Source of the DNA: Deltaproteobacteria bacterium
GTDB taxonomy: Bacteria > Desulfobacterota_D > UBA1144 > Nemesobacterales > CSP1-2
Assembly: GCA_052390235.1 (NCBI GenBank)
Contig: JBQTHB010000002.1
Coordinates: forward strand, 480,001-544,000
Direction of reading: 5' to 3'
DNA: 64,000 nucleotides
Shown: positions 44,111 to 54,868 of the stretch, piece after piece
Position numbering within the stretch: the first letter of the stretch is position 1
How the letters are laid out: each line of letters opens with the position of its first letter
Notes under the pieces: generated by a model
Told to the model about the DNA's origin: nothing
What the model saw: only the letters and a program-made list of their open reading frames with translations
The model's database searches: none
Made by a program: the position numbers and the translations under genes

Positions 44111-44888
44111 TCACCAAGCCGCCATCAACTTGAATTGTCGCGCCCGTTATATAGCTCGCCCGCTCAGAGGCTAGAAATAGCACCATTCCCGCAAACTCCT
44201 CAGGCGAGCCTATTCTCCTAGCCGGCACATCCGCCTCCATTGCTCTTAGAACCTCCTCGAGGCTCACTCCCTCGCGCACTGCCCTTTGCTCCGCCAATTG
44301 AATGATTCTGTCGGTGAGTATTCTGCCCGGACAGACGTTATTTACGAGGACATTGAACCTGGCGAATTCATTTGACACGGTTTTGGCGAATCCCACTACG
44401 GCGGCCCTTGAGGCATTTGAGAGAATTAAGCCGGCGAGCGGCTGTTTTGCGGAGATGGAGGTTATATTTACAATGCGCCCCCACCTCTGCTCTTTCATCA
44501 TTGGAACGACGGCTTTTGTGAAATTCACCGCGCTGAGGAGGTTCAGTTCGATGGCATATCGCCAGTCGTCGAGGGTAAGGCTCAGGAAATCCCCAGGCGC
44601 AGGCCCTCCGGCGTTGTTCACAAGCACATGTACCCCTCCGAACGCGCTCAGGGTTTCGGAAACCACGCGATTTACATCTGCGTTGTTTGATACATCGGCG
44701 GGGATGGGCAGAACCTCGGCTCCGGTTTTATCCCTTATTTCCTCAGCCGCTCTTATTAGGGATTCTTCGCCGCGGGCGCACATCACGACTCTAGCCCCCT
44801 CTTCGGCAAACCCCAGGGCGACGGCTTTGCCCAGCCCCCTGCTCGATGCCGATACGATGGCTACTCTGCCCCTCAGTCCTAGATTCAC
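44097..44888 (-). CDS. Short-chain dehydrogenase/reductase
   Basis: SASSRGLG, NNAGGP, ASYITG..IQVDGG. Confidence 0.92.
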   Translation of the reverse strand: MNLGLRGRVAIVSASSRGLGKAVALGFAEEGARVVMCARGEESLIRAAEEIRDKTGAEVLPIPADVSNNADVNRVVSETLSAFGGVHVLVNNAGGPAPGDFLSLTLDDWRYAIELNLLSAVNFTKAVVPMMKEQRWGRIVNITSISAKQPLAGLILSNASRAAVVGFAKTVSNEFARFNVLVNNVCPGRILTDRIIQLAEQRAVREGVSLEEVLRAMEADVPARRIGSPEEFAGMVLFLASERASYITGATIQVDGGLVSGTF

Positions 44889-44996
44889 GTTGAACGCTCG
44901 AAAATGCCGTGGTACCCGCGATTTTCTCTTCCTAATAGCGCCACTCTCCGTCTCTAACCATTGAAGCTGACGGTGCGAGAAGAGAGGTGGGTGGCA

Positions 44997-45347
44997 TCAG
45001 TCCTTGGCGGCGCTTTTGGACATATTTGCCATGCCGGATTTTTTTATTTTCTTTGGGTCTGTGGTTATCGGCTCAGCGCTTGCGGCAGTGGCGCTAGCCG
45101 AATCCTTTGCCGAATCCGAAGACAGCGCGGGGTTATCCTGCTCAGCAGCTTTGGGGGGGATGCCTGGGCCCTTTGCGTAGTCAGTGGAGTACCAACCGTG
45201 TCCCGTGAGCTGAAACGACGATAGGGATATGATTCTGTGGAGTTTGCCTTTGCAGGATTTGCACTTTTTGAGGGGTTTGTCGTTAAACCTCTGAAGCTCT
45301 TCGGTTATCTGTCCGCATTGCTCGCATTCATATTCGTAAATTGGCAT
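44997..45347 (-). CDS. FmdB-family zinc-ribbon protein
   Basis: MPIYEYECEQCG...CKSC...G.GWY.TDY, low-complexity tail. Confidence 0.9.
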   Translation of the reverse strand: MPIYEYECEQCGQITEELQRFNDKPLKKCKSCKGKLHRIISLSSFQLTGHGWYSTDYAKGPGIPPKAAEQDNPALSSDSAKDSASATAASAEPITTDPKKIKKSGMANMSKSAAKD

Positions 45348-45427
45348 GGATTCTAACTCCTTAGACGCTGAGTCGCGCAAATTTGGTTTAATATAATCTA
45401 TAAATCCCCATTATCAAGCCGACTGTT

Positions 45428-46846
45428 CTACTGAGCCTCTGGCGACCCCTCTCCCCCCGGCGCAAACACGGGGACTCTCGTCGGAAATCCCGGATCAAAG
45501 GGCGCGTTTGAGCGGTTCAGAGGCGTTGCCGGATTAGGCGATTTAACCTCGCCGAGGGACTGGAATGGCAGTCCCGCGAGGCGTCCCGTGGCGTAGCGCA
45601 AGGTGACAAATCCGATGTTCTCGCTGAACTCGAATATAGCTTCATCGGAAAATCTCCTCAGGTGAGAATAATCCGCCGAAATGAACCATCGCGGGGATAT
45701 TTGATACGTTAACACGCCACCGAGGCGGATTTCTTCATCCTGGCGGTCGAAGAAATCAAACACTCCAGCAAACCCCCTCAGCGACCCGAACAGATTCCCT
45801 GAGATTTGCTTGTTCAGCGCTCCGTTGACTCCGTAGCGGTTTTCGTTTTCAATCTGGGACTCTTTAAAATCGCGTCTCTCGTAGTAGGCGGATAGGCTAG
45901 AATTTATATCTCTAGTAAAACGTCTGGTTATAAGAGCGGTAACTCTATCGAATATAAAGGGGTCGCCGAGGTCAACGTCGGTGCTGAATCTTCTGGAGTA
46001 GGTCAGAGACCCCGAAGAAACCCTTGAGAATATGCGGGTTATTCCTGCCTGCGCAATGATGCCTTGAGCGCTGGTGTCCGTGTCCAGAAGGTCAACCCTC
46101 TCGTACCCTGCGCCGGCGTATAGGCTCGTCAATGGATTTGCGAGGTAGGTTAGGGTGAGAGTTGCGCCCTCATTTACGCGGTCTTGAAAGTCGGAGGACT
46201 GTCTATAGTTGGCAAACAGCTGAAGGGCGGCGGCGAGCTTGGGGTTGGCGAATCTGTGATTTAAGCTCTGAGCGATGCCGAAGTCGGTGGAATCTTCCCT
46301 TTCGCCGGAAATTGAATCCGTTCGCGTTACGTTAAGCACTGTGGTCAGGGTGTTGTTATTATTTATCAAATAGGTGAACGAAGGGGTAACGAGCAGGGTG
46401 TTAACCGTCGTGAGATTGTTGATAGCGGTGGTGCCTCGTAGGAATTCGGGTTGTTGCTGGAGGATGTCCTGGATGACTATGGAGAAGGTCGCTTTGCTGG
46501 AAATTGGATTTAGATAGGCGAAATAGGCGTCGAGGTCGTTTACGAAGCGCACGCGCTCGGTAAGGGGAAAATACTCGATAAAGGCATTGTAGGTTAAATC
46601 GAGCTCATAGTTTCTGCTGACGCCCCCGATGCCTATGGAGATTCCAGAGTCTAGGATGAAGTCCCTATTTTCTTCGCCATCGGGTTCTTGGAATATGTTA
46701 TCGCTCGCCCCGAGGCTTGCCGAAGCTGAAAATGTGCGAAATCCGATGGGAGCGCCAAGGGCGGAGTGCGTGAGGAATAGGGCGCAAAAAATAAAAGCTA
46801 TACTTGATAATAAAATCGGGTGGGTTAAATTGTGTCTTATACTCAT
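45428..46846 (-). CDS. Outer-membrane beta-barrel protein, PEP-CTERM/EPS-associated type
   Basis: Signal peptide, SDNI motif, alternating aromatic beta strands; divergent from prsT. Confidence 0.75.
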   Translation of the reverse strand: MSIRHNLTHPILLSSIAFIFCALFLTHSALGAPIGFRTFSASASLGASDNIFQEPDGEENRDFILDSGISIGIGGVSRNYELDLTYNAFIEYFPLTERVRFVNDLDAYFAYLNPISSKATFSIVIQDILQQQPEFLRGTTAINNLTTVNTLLVTPSFTYLINNNNTLTTVLNVTRTDSISGEREDSTDFGIAQSLNHRFANPKLAAALQLFANYRQSSDFQDRVNEGATLTLTYLANPLTSLYAGAGYERVDLLDTDTSAQGIIAQAGITRIFSRVSSGSLTYSRRFSTDVDLGDPFIFDRVTALITRRFTRDINSSLSAYYERRDFKESQIENENRYGVNGALNKQISGNLFGSLRGFAGVFDFFDRQDEEIRLGGVLTYQISPRWFISADYSHLRRFSDEAIFEFSENIGFVTLRYATGRLAGLPFQSLGEVKSPNPATPLNRSNAPFDPGFPTRVPVFAPGGEGSPEAQ

Positions 46847-46928
46847 AAAAGCAGATTATAAATTTAAGTTTATCGGGAATCAAGATATAATTTGCTATCT
46901 ACACAAACCCGCGCACGGAGGCGTTTAC

Positions 46929-49475
46929 ATGAGAATTTTTCTGGCGGCTGTTCTCTTTTCAGTTTCGCTTTTAATCGGCTCTTGCGATAGAGGCTCGCAC
47001 GCTGAAAAGGGGGAGTATTATCTGGAGCAGGGGGAGTTTAAATCCGCCGTAATAGAGTTCAAAAAAGAAATCCAGAAAAATCCAAGCTCCGCCCCCGCGC
47101 GCCTCGCCTTGGCTAGGGCTTACTTCCAAAACGGCGATATCACTTACGCAATTCAAGAACTCAAACGGAGCATCGAATTTGACCCGAGCCTCACTGAAGC
47201 CCGCGCCCTGCTCGCAAAAAGCTACCTTGCCTTCGGCGATATTGACAACGCGCTCAAAGAGGCTGAAACGTATCTTCAGAAGAGCCCTCAAGACGCCGAT
47301 ATTTTAATCGCCAAAGCCCGCGCCCTCGCCGCGTTAAACCGATTAGCTGAAGCCAGAGGGATTGTTGATGGAGTAATCGCCGCGCGCGTCGACTTTGCCC
47401 CGGCTTACGTTGCCTTGGGGCAGATTTTATACATCCAAAACGACAAACCAGCGGCTGAGAAGGCTTTTTTCAAAGCCGTAGAGATTGACCCCGAAAACGC
47501 GGATTCTCAAGTCGCCCTGGGAGATTACTACCGAACCGCCGCGCTGACGGATAAATCCATTGCGGCGTATGAAAAAGCCCTCGAGATTCAGCCCAAAAGT
47601 CTGGTTGCCCTAATTAACTTGGGGGGCGCTTATAATGCTGCAAAAAAGCCCGAAAAAGCCATTGAAATCGGACTGAGAGTGCTAAAGCGCTTCAAAGGAC
47701 TGCCTCAGGGGCATTACATCGTGGGAGGGGCTTACTTTATTCAAGGCAATATTGACCTCGCAGTGCCGGAACTCGAAAAAGCCGGCGAAGTTGCTCCCGC
47801 CAATTATCTGCTCGCCCTTGCCTATGCAAAAAAGGAGCAGAACACCCTTACCATTGAAAAAGCCAAGAAGGCAATTTCCCAAGACCAGAAATTCGTCGAG
47901 CCTTACGTGCTTCTCGGGCGGATTTACCTCCAAGGCGGGTTCACCGAAGACGCCGTTTCGATTCTTGAAAAGGCTCTTGCCCTTAGCGCATCGCCCAATT
48001 CTGATGTGCTAAATCTGCTCGGAGTCGCCTACGCGAGGACCCAAAACGTTGATAAAGCCCTCCAGACCTTCCGCGAGTCTATTAACGCCGAGCCTGGGCA
48101 GGCTCAAACCTATGCCTATCTTGCATCGCTCTACACCTCGGTCGGCGAGCAGGAGAAATCTCTGAGGGTTTTTGAGGAGTTCTCAACTAAATTTGAGGAT
48201 CAGGAAGGAGCCGATATTCCCCTTATCCTCAACTATATTAAAATAGGCAGAATTGAGCAAGCAATAGAACTGTGCAATAAGAACCTCGCAAAAGACCCGA
48301 AGAACTATCTCTACACTAACCTCCTCGGCGTGGCGTATTTAAAAAAAGGAGACCTCGCCGCCGCGAAAGCGACTTTTTCCAAAGCCGTAGAGATTGATCC
48401 TAAAAAAACTGATGCCTATCTAAACCTCGCCCACATAGCTAAAATTGAAGGCAACAACGACGAAATCATAGCCCTCTGCCAAAAAACCCTCGAAAAAGAC
48501 CCAAAAAACGTCGTCGCCCTCAGGGCGTTAATCGAAGCCAATATCGCCAAGGGGGGGCGGGAACAGGCAATAGCGAAGCTCGAAGAGATGATATCCGAGA
48601 AACCCAAGGATTTAATGCTCAATGTCGCCGCCGGCGAGCTTTATCTCTCGGCGAATAACCCCCAGAAAGCCGAGGAATACGCCAAGCGCGCCATAGAAAT
48701 AGACCCCGCCAACGGGGGCGGACACGCCATCCTGGGGCTAAGCTATTTCAGCCAAGGTGGTAAAATAGAACAAGCCGAGGCGTCGCTAAAGCGGGCAACG
48801 GAGCTTACGCCTGATAATTTCCTATTCCGCTTCAGGCTTGGGCAGGCGCTGGCGGCAGGGAATAAACCCGACGCCGCTGTGGCTGAATTTAAGAGAACCC
48901 TAGAGCTAAATCCATCGTTCGTGCAGGCGGAACTCGCGCTGTCTCAACTCTATACGACTTCCCAGAAATATTACGACGCAATAGACCTGCTAACTAAAGT
49001 TAAAACTAAATCCCCCGATAACACGCTGGTTGATTTTATGCTCGGAGTGGCTTATCAAGGGGCAGGCGACAATAAAAACGCGGCGCTGACTTATAGGGAA
49101 TATCTCAAAATCAAGCCCCAGGACGCCGCCGCGCTGAATAATATGGCATGGGTGCTTGGGCAGAGCGGCCAGCATGAAGAAGCCCTCTCTTTTGCCACAA
49201 AAGCCCTTGCCATCGTCCCCAACAACGCGCTTGTGATTGACACCATGGGCTGGGTTTTGTATCTGAGCGGAAAACGGCAGGAAGCCCTATCCCACCTTGA
49301 AAAAGCGGCGTCTCTGCTACCCGACCAGCCCACGATTCGTTATCACTTGGGGACGGCGCATTTTAGTCTGGGCAACAGGGATAAGGCAAAGCGGGAACTC
49401 GAGCAAGCGCTTCAGATTTCGCCCTCTTTCCCAGAGGCGGCTGATGCTAGAAAGCTACTCGATCAGTTTAATTGA
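46929..49475 (+). CDS. prsT: PEP-CTERM system TPR-repeat lipoprotein PrsT
   Basis: Lipobox IGSC, A.IE.K..Q..P start, many TPRs, NNMAW...DTMGW...P.IRYHLG C-terminus; GGAGG SD. Confidence 0.85.
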   Translation: MRIFLAAVLFSVSLLIGSCDRGSHAEKGEYYLEQGEFKSAVIEFKKEIQKNPSSAPARLALARAYFQNGDITYAIQELKRSIEFDPSLTEARALLAKSYLAFGDIDNALKEAETYLQKSPQDADILIAKARALAALNRLAEARGIVDGVIAARVDFAPAYVALGQILYIQNDKPAAEKAFFKAVEIDPENADSQVALGDYYRTAALTDKSIAAYEKALEIQPKSLVALINLGGAYNAAKKPEKAIEIGLRVLKRFKGLPQGHYIVGGAYFIQGNIDLAVPELEKAGEVAPANYLLALAYAKKEQNTLTIEKAKKAISQDQKFVEPYVLLGRIYLQGGFTEDAVSILEKALALSASPNSDVLNLLGVAYARTQNVDKALQTFRESINAEPGQAQTYAYLASLYTSVGEQEKSLRVFEEFSTKFEDQEGADIPLILNYIKIGRIEQAIELCNKNLAKDPKNYLYTNLLGVAYLKKGDLAAAKATFSKAVEIDPKKTDAYLNLAHIAKIEGNNDEIIALCQKTLEKDPKNVVALRALIEANIAKGGREQAIAKLEEMISEKPKDLMLNVAAGELYLSANNPQKAEEYAKRAIEIDPANGGGHAILGLSYFSQGGKIEQAEASLKRATELTPDNFLFRFRLGQALAAGNKPDAAVAEFKRTLELNPSFVQAELALSQLYTTSQKYYDAIDLLTKVKTKSPDNTLVDFMLGVAYQGAGDNKNAALTYREYLKIKPQDAAALNNMAWVLGQSGQHEEALSFATKALAIVPNNALVIDTMGWVLYLSGKRQEALSHLEKAASLLPDQPTIRYHLGTAHFSLGNRDKAKRELEQALQISPSFPEAADARKLLDQFN

Positions 49476-49536
49476 TTTTCGCTGTGATATTGAAATTTCG
49501 GCTCGGCGCAGGAGCCGCCCTTGGAGGATATAAAAC

Positions 49537-51276
49537 TTGTACGAAGATTTCTTCGGGTTTAAAGCCAACCCATTTAAACTTGCCCCTAGCCCGCAGTTTT
49601 TTTTTCAGAGCAAGGTGCATCGCAGGGCATTTGTTACGCTCTATCATGGAATACTGCAGGAGCAGGGAATCTTAGTCCTCCTCGGACACGCCGGCACAGG
49701 GAAAACCACCCTCATTCAAACCCTCGCAAACGACCTTGAAAAGCTCGGAACTTATAGGTTCATACACCTGACCTACGCCCCGTCGTTTAAGGAAATTATC
49801 AGAGTGGTAGCCTCGGAAATCACTAAAAAAGAGGAATTCAAGGGCGGAAGTCAGGCAATAAAAGGGTTGAAGGATTTTCTGCTCGAGGAACGGGGCAGGG
49901 TGAAGTATGTACTCGTTTTCGACGAGGCGCAGAATCTCGACTTTCAGGCTCTCGAAGAGCTTAGAATGCTCTCTAACCTTGAACTGCCCCAGGAAAAACT
50001 CCTCCCCGTGATATTAGTAGGGCAACCGAAGCTCGAGAAGAATCTCGCAAGCCCCGATCTATCGCAGCTTAAGCAGAGAATAAGCACTTATGCGCGCCTC
50101 GCCCCGATTCAAGAGGACGAAATTCCCACATATCTCGAATATAGAATGAAATCCGCTGGCTATGCCGGGAGTGTTGAGAGCGTATTTGAAAAGGACGCCG
50201 TGCGGGACATCTCTTACTATTCCAGCGGCATTCCCCGCCTTATAAACAGCCTCTGCCATGAGGCCCTGACCTACGGCTATGCCATGGGGGAGCGGCTAAT
50301 CAAGGCGGAATACATCATAGAGGCGGCTGAAAATCTGGAACTAGCAGCCGATGAATCCGACGGAAAATCAGGTTCGCCCGCGCTAAATGTCATAACCCTA
50401 AAAGAGGTTGTGGGAGGCGCGGAGCCGGATAAATCCGCGACCTCGGGGGCAGAAATCAACTCCTCGGCTTTCGTTTTTATGAATATTCTGGACGGCAGGC
50501 TGTCTAAGGTTGAAGCGGAGATTTCGAAAATTAAGGACTCCCTCTCGGAGCTTCAAAAAAAAAATGAGCCCTCCCCTGCGCAAATAGAATCTTTTAGTAC
50601 CCCGCCGCCCGAGCGACGAGAGCCGACATCTCAGCAAAATAAGAAAACCCCGCCTGAGCCTTTGCGGGAGGAGAAATCCCCTGAATTCTCTGCTAACTTA
50701 GGTTCAAGCGCTACGGCTGATGATGCGGGTGAGCCGTCCCCTCGAAGCTCAAATATTATTAAAATCGTCTATTTCGCGCTAATTGTGGTTTTTGCCATCG
50801 CCGGGTTTTTGCTATATAAAAAATCGGGCGTTGATATAGCCACTCTCAAGCCCGCGGCAAAAAAAGAGGCCGAAAACGAGGATAAATCGCTCGCCGCCGT
50901 ATCCGCATCGCCTCTGCCGGACACAGCTACGCCCCCCCCCACTTCTCCGCCGGTTTCCGAGCCGCCGCCAACCCCTGCGCCGTCCCCAGTTGCCGCCGCC
51001 GCCTCTGAAGTTAAAGCGAGTCCCGCGCTCGAGCCGGTTTCTACGAAAGCCGCCCCCGCGCCCGCAGGCTCCTTGGCATTCTTCAAGCCCTTAATACCGG
51101 GAATTAATATTAGAAACGGTCCCGGGATAGAGTATCCGGTGCTGAGATTTGCAAGGGCTAACGATAGATACCGGAAAATCGCTGAGGTCGAGGGCGGGGC
51201 GTGGATAAAGATTAGAACCCAAGACGGCGAAGAGGGCTGGATAGCCAGCAAATTCCTAACTCAAGAGGGCAACTGA
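49537..51276 (+). CDS. ExeA-like AAA ATPase with TM helix, Pro-rich linker and C-terminal SH3b domain
   Basis: YEDFFGFKANPF, GHAGTGKT, FDEAQNL, GQP, SGIPRLIN; NIRNGPG.EY...EGWIA SH3-like end. Confidence 0.85.
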   Translation: MYEDFFGFKANPFKLAPSPQFFFQSKVHRRAFVTLYHGILQEQGILVLLGHAGTGKTTLIQTLANDLEKLGTYRFIHLTYAPSFKEIIRVVASEITKKEEFKGGSQAIKGLKDFLLEERGRVKYVLVFDEAQNLDFQALEELRMLSNLELPQEKLLPVILVGQPKLEKNLASPDLSQLKQRISTYARLAPIQEDEIPTYLEYRMKSAGYAGSVESVFEKDAVRDISYYSSGIPRLINSLCHEALTYGYAMGERLIKAEYIIEAAENLELAADESDGKSGSPALNVITLKEVVGGAEPDKSATSGAEINSSAFVFMNILDGRLSKVEAEISKIKDSLSELQKKNEPSPAQIESFSTPPPERREPTSQQNKKTPPEPLREEKSPEFSANLGSSATADDAGEPSPRSSNIIKIVYFALIVVFAIAGFLLYKKSGVDIATLKPAAKKEAENEDKSLAAVSASPLPDTATPPPTSPPVSEPPPTPAPSPVAAAASEVKASPALEPVSTKAAPAPAGSLAFFKPLIPGINIRNGPGIEYPVLRFARANDRYRKIAEVEGGAWIKIRTQDGEEGWIASKFLTQEGN

Positions 51277-51371
51277 TTTCCAAGCGCTTTAACAAAAATA
51301 GGTTGCCCATCGAGACGGATTCGGAGCGCTCTTAGGGAATTGGTCTCGGCAGTCTCGTTTGATGCGCATCA

Positions 51372-53411
51372 ATGACTAAAATATTCCTTGTTTTTATATT
51401 CTTGAGCGGTTTTATATCCCTTCTCTTTTCCTTTCTACTCTATTATAAAAGGAGGAGCGTCGCGCCCTTCGCCGTTTTTTTCACCCTCGCGCTCGCAGCG
51501 CTGAGCTACGGGTTATCGGTTCTCGATTTTGGCGACTCCACTCTCGTAACCCTCAGAAAGCTCTCGTACTCGACCCTCTGCCTGCTAGGGATTTCATATA
51601 ATTACTACGGACTCACTTTTGGTGGGCAGGCAGGCGGCATAAAGCTCGCTTTTCCCCTAGTTCTTCTCGCGGGGCTCCTGCTGTTTTCGCTGGCATCTCT
51701 CCCCACGGGATGGATTGTGGATAGCGTCTATGTCGAAGATGACGAGGTGATTTATTTCCACGGGGCGTTTGGGAAACCCTTTATACTGATGCTCAGCGTC
51801 GGGCTTGCCGTGGCAATAGCCAACCTTGAGTGGATATATCGCTCGGCTAGGGGGAGTTCTCGCTGGAGGGTTAAGTACCTGTCTTGGGGGCTTATTTGGG
51901 GCGCTGGGTTTTGCCTGTTTTTTCTTGGTTATCCGCTTGTTTATGGGTTTGATAGGACGAGCGTTGTGCTTGGGACGGGGGCGGCGCTGAGTCTGTCGTT
52001 TTACCCCTCGGCTTATGTGATCCTGCGCAGAAAAGCCCTTGAGACCGGACTGTACGTATCTCGCCAAGTGGCTTACGGCTCGCTTGTGGTGGTTTTCCTC
52101 GGCATATATTTCATAGCTCTGGGGCTGGTGATAAGGATTTTCTATAGCAATCAGAAATTCGGTTTCCCGCAGATAGCGCTTGTCGTGTTCATCCTCTCGA
52201 TAGTCGGCGGATATATATTTTTATCCGAGGGGCTGCGCCGCCGGGCAATGGCCCTAATCGCCAGCAATTTCTATTCTACCAAGTACGACTACCGCAGGGT
52301 CTGGAACGAATTCTCCAAAGACATTAGCAACTACCTAACCCCGGAATCGCTCATCCCGCCGATGTCCGAAGCCGTCGGCGAGATACTCGGAGCCAAGTGG
52401 GTCGCATATTTTGAAAATTATCAGGGCGTCTGGAGGCAGGTCTATGGGAATCGGATTTCCTTCCCCTCCGAACTGTCCGACATGAAATCCCTATCTTCGC
52501 AGACAATAGTGAGAATTAAATCCGAAGAAAGCGCGGCGTCGGTTGCTGTGGTTCTCAAGGGAGGGAATCAGGAAATCTTGGCTCTCATCGCGCTTGGGGC
52601 TAAAATTTCGGCGGAGGACTATGATTATGAGGACGAGCAGATGCTCAAAACCCTAGGGGAGCAGACCTCTAGGAGAATTTACGAGGCGAAGCTCTCTCAG
52701 GAGGCGACCTCCTACAGGGAGATTGAATCCGCAACAAAGATGTCTGCTTTTCTCCTCCACGACCTCAAAAACGTAGCTTCTATGCTCTCAATGGTGATTA
52801 AAAACGCCCCAAGGCACTTTCATGACCCCGCTTTTCAGGACGACCTGCTTTTGACGCTCCGCGACACGGAAGAGAGAATCCGCGGGCTTATGACGAATAT
52901 CTCAATATTTCCGGGCGAGCTTAATCTAAAACTCGCCCGCTCCGACCTGGGGCGCTTGCTCCAAAGGGTCGTCTCTAGGTTTACAAACCAGAGAATAAAT
53001 GTCGAGTTCCTGCGCGAGGGCGGGGATTTAGAATTCTATTTCGATGAAAATTTGCTTGAGAAGCTCTTTGTGAACATAATCTTAAATGCGTCTCAGGCGC
53101 TAGAAGAGCTTGGAGGGGAGGAAGGGGGCAGGGTATCCGTTCAGTTGCTTGAGGCGGACGGCTGGACGCAGGTCAGAATCAGAGATGATGGCCCGGGGAT
53201 AGCTGAAAATATGCTCGGAAAAATATTGGCAAAGCCCTTTCAAACCACCAAAAAAGGCGGCGCCGGCGTTGGGCTTTATCAGTGCAGGCTTATCGCTGAA
53301 GCCCACGGCGGAGGGATTGAAGTCGAAAGCGAGCCGGGCAAAGGGGCTGAATTTATAATTTCTATTCCGATAAACACAGAGCATAGACCGTGGAAAAGAA
53401 ACTACTCATAA
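51372..53411 (+). CDS. prsK: PEP-CTERM system histidine kinase PrsK
   Basis: Multi-TM N-terminus, NFY..KYDYR..W, FLLHDLKN, F..P.FQ.D, D.GPGI, GVGLYQ. Confidence 0.88.
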   Translation: MTKIFLVFIFLSGFISLLFSFLLYYKRRSVAPFAVFFTLALAALSYGLSVLDFGDSTLVTLRKLSYSTLCLLGISYNYYGLTFGGQAGGIKLAFPLVLLAGLLLFSLASLPTGWIVDSVYVEDDEVIYFHGAFGKPFILMLSVGLAVAIANLEWIYRSARGSSRWRVKYLSWGLIWGAGFCLFFLGYPLVYGFDRTSVVLGTGAALSLSFYPSAYVILRRKALETGLYVSRQVAYGSLVVVFLGIYFIALGLVIRIFYSNQKFGFPQIALVVFILSIVGGYIFLSEGLRRRAMALIASNFYSTKYDYRRVWNEFSKDISNYLTPESLIPPMSEAVGEILGAKWVAYFENYQGVWRQVYGNRISFPSELSDMKSLSSQTIVRIKSEESAASVAVVLKGGNQEILALIALGAKISAEDYDYEDEQMLKTLGEQTSRRIYEAKLSQEATSYREIESATKMSAFLLHDLKNVASMLSMVIKNAPRHFHDPAFQDDLLLTLRDTEERIRGLMTNISIFPGELNLKLARSDLGRLLQRVVSRFTNQRINVEFLREGGDLEFYFDENLLEKLFVNIILNASQALEELGGEEGGRVSVQLLEADGWTQVRIRDDGPGIAENMLGKILAKPFQTTKKGGAGVGLYQCRLIAEAHGGGIEVESEPGKGAEFIISIPINTEHRPWKRNYS

Positions 53412-54739
53412 TTGACGACCAAGAGAGCATAAGGATTCAGCTTAAGTGGGCGTTTGCCGGGGACTACAATACGCTCTTTGCAGGCTCCGTGGAATCGGCG
53501 ATAAAGCTCATCGAGAGGGAAAACCCTCCGGTTGTACTGCTGGATCTCTCTCTCATTCCGGGCGGGGGCCCAGAGGAGGGAATGCACGTGCTGGCGGCGG
53601 CTCTGCGCCACGATTCGAGGAGAAAGGTCATAGTCATCACCGGACACGACACGCGCGAAAACGCGCTGAAGGCTATAAATATGGGGGCTTACGATTTTTG
53701 CTCGAAGCCCGTTGATTTGGACGAGCTTGGGGTAATTGTCAAAAGAGCGTTCAAAAGAAGAGAACTTGAGGAAGAGAATGAAAAATTAAGGGAAGGCCAT
53801 TATCGGGATTCCGTTTTTCTCACCAGAAACCCCTACCTTCTCGATATGCTGGAGCGGGTAAAGGACATAGCCCGCGCCGATGTTACTGTTCTCATCACCG
53901 GAGAGAGTGGAACCGGCAAGGAACTCATAGCCAAGATGATTTATGAGAACAGCGCCCGCGCCGATAAGCCTTTTGTCGCCGTCAACTGCGGCGGGATACC
54001 GGACACTCTAATTGAATCCGAGCTTTTCGGCTACGAGAAAGGGGCATTTACCGGAGCCGATACCAGATACGAGGGGAAAATTGAGCGCGCCGCCGGAGGA
54101 ACGCTCTTCCTCGATGAAATAGCCGAGATGCCGCTTCTGATTCAGCCGAAGATTCTCAGGTTTCTCCAAGAGCGCGAGATTGACCCGCTTGGAGGGGGCG
54201 GGACAAGGCGGGTGGACGTGCGGCTCATCACGGCTACTAATAGGAATCTCAAAGCCGAATCTGCTCTAGGCACGTTCAGAAGCGACCTTTTCTATCGTGT
54301 AAGCGTTGTGAATTTCTCCATCTCCCCGCTTAGGGAGCGCGCCGAGGATATTGAGTTTCTGGCGGATTATTTTTTGAAGAAATACTCCGCCGAGCTTAAA
54401 AAGCCAGTTCTCAGTTTCTCTGACTCAGCGGTTGCCTCAATGAAATCCTACGGTTGGCCCGGCAACGTGAGAGAGCTTCAAAACGTCGTAAAGGGGGCTG
54501 TTCTCCTCGCTCAGGGGCGGGTTATAGAATCGCTCAACCTGCAGATGTCCGTAGAAGAGATAAAGAAATCCAGTAAAAAATCATTGAATTTAAAAGACAT
54601 GAAAGACCTTGCCGAGAAAGAGTGCGTAGAGATAGCCCTGGAGAGAACCGGCGGCAATATAAGCGACGCCGCCGAGCTCATCGGCATCAGCAGGGGCAAT
54701 GTTTATATCCTCATGAAGAAGCACAATATTAAACAGTAA
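53390..54739 (+). CDS. prsR: sigma54-dependent response regulator PrsR
   Basis: Receiver (QLKW, LLDL), GESGTGKE, ELFGYEKGAFTGA, WPGNVREL, Fis HTH. Confidence 0.88.
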   Translation: MEKKLLIIDDQESIRIQLKWAFAGDYNTLFAGSVESAIKLIERENPPVVLLDLSLIPGGGPEEGMHVLAAALRHDSRRKVIVITGHDTRENALKAINMGAYDFCSKPVDLDELGVIVKRAFKRRELEEENEKLREGHYRDSVFLTRNPYLLDMLERVKDIARADVTVLITGESGTGKELIAKMIYENSARADKPFVAVNCGGIPDTLIESELFGYEKGAFTGADTRYEGKIERAAGGTLFLDEIAEMPLLIQPKILRFLQEREIDPLGGGGTRRVDVRLITATNRNLKAESALGTFRSDLFYRVSVVNFSISPLRERAEDIEFLADYFLKKYSAELKKPVLSFSDSAVASMKSYGWPGNVRELQNVVKGAVLLAQGRVIESLNLQMSVEEIKKSSKKSLNLKDMKDLAEKECVEIALERTGGNISDAAELIGISRGNVYILMKKHNIKQ

Positions 54740-54868
54740 TTTAATCAGAGATGCCCTTTATTTTTAATTACAGGCGTTATAATTATAGGCAGCAGCGCTT
54801 ATGCTAACGAACACCGTGTTGGTTTTCTCCGAATATTCATGTATAGCTCGCAACCAGAGAGGTATTGG

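Noticed and set aside
44302..44964. 220-aa plus-strand ORF
   Set aside because: Antisense shadow of the SDR gene with no recognisable motifs
46629..46928. 100-aa N-terminal extension of prsT in the ORF track
   Set aside because: Overlaps the divergent OM-barrel gene; SD and signal peptide point to 46929
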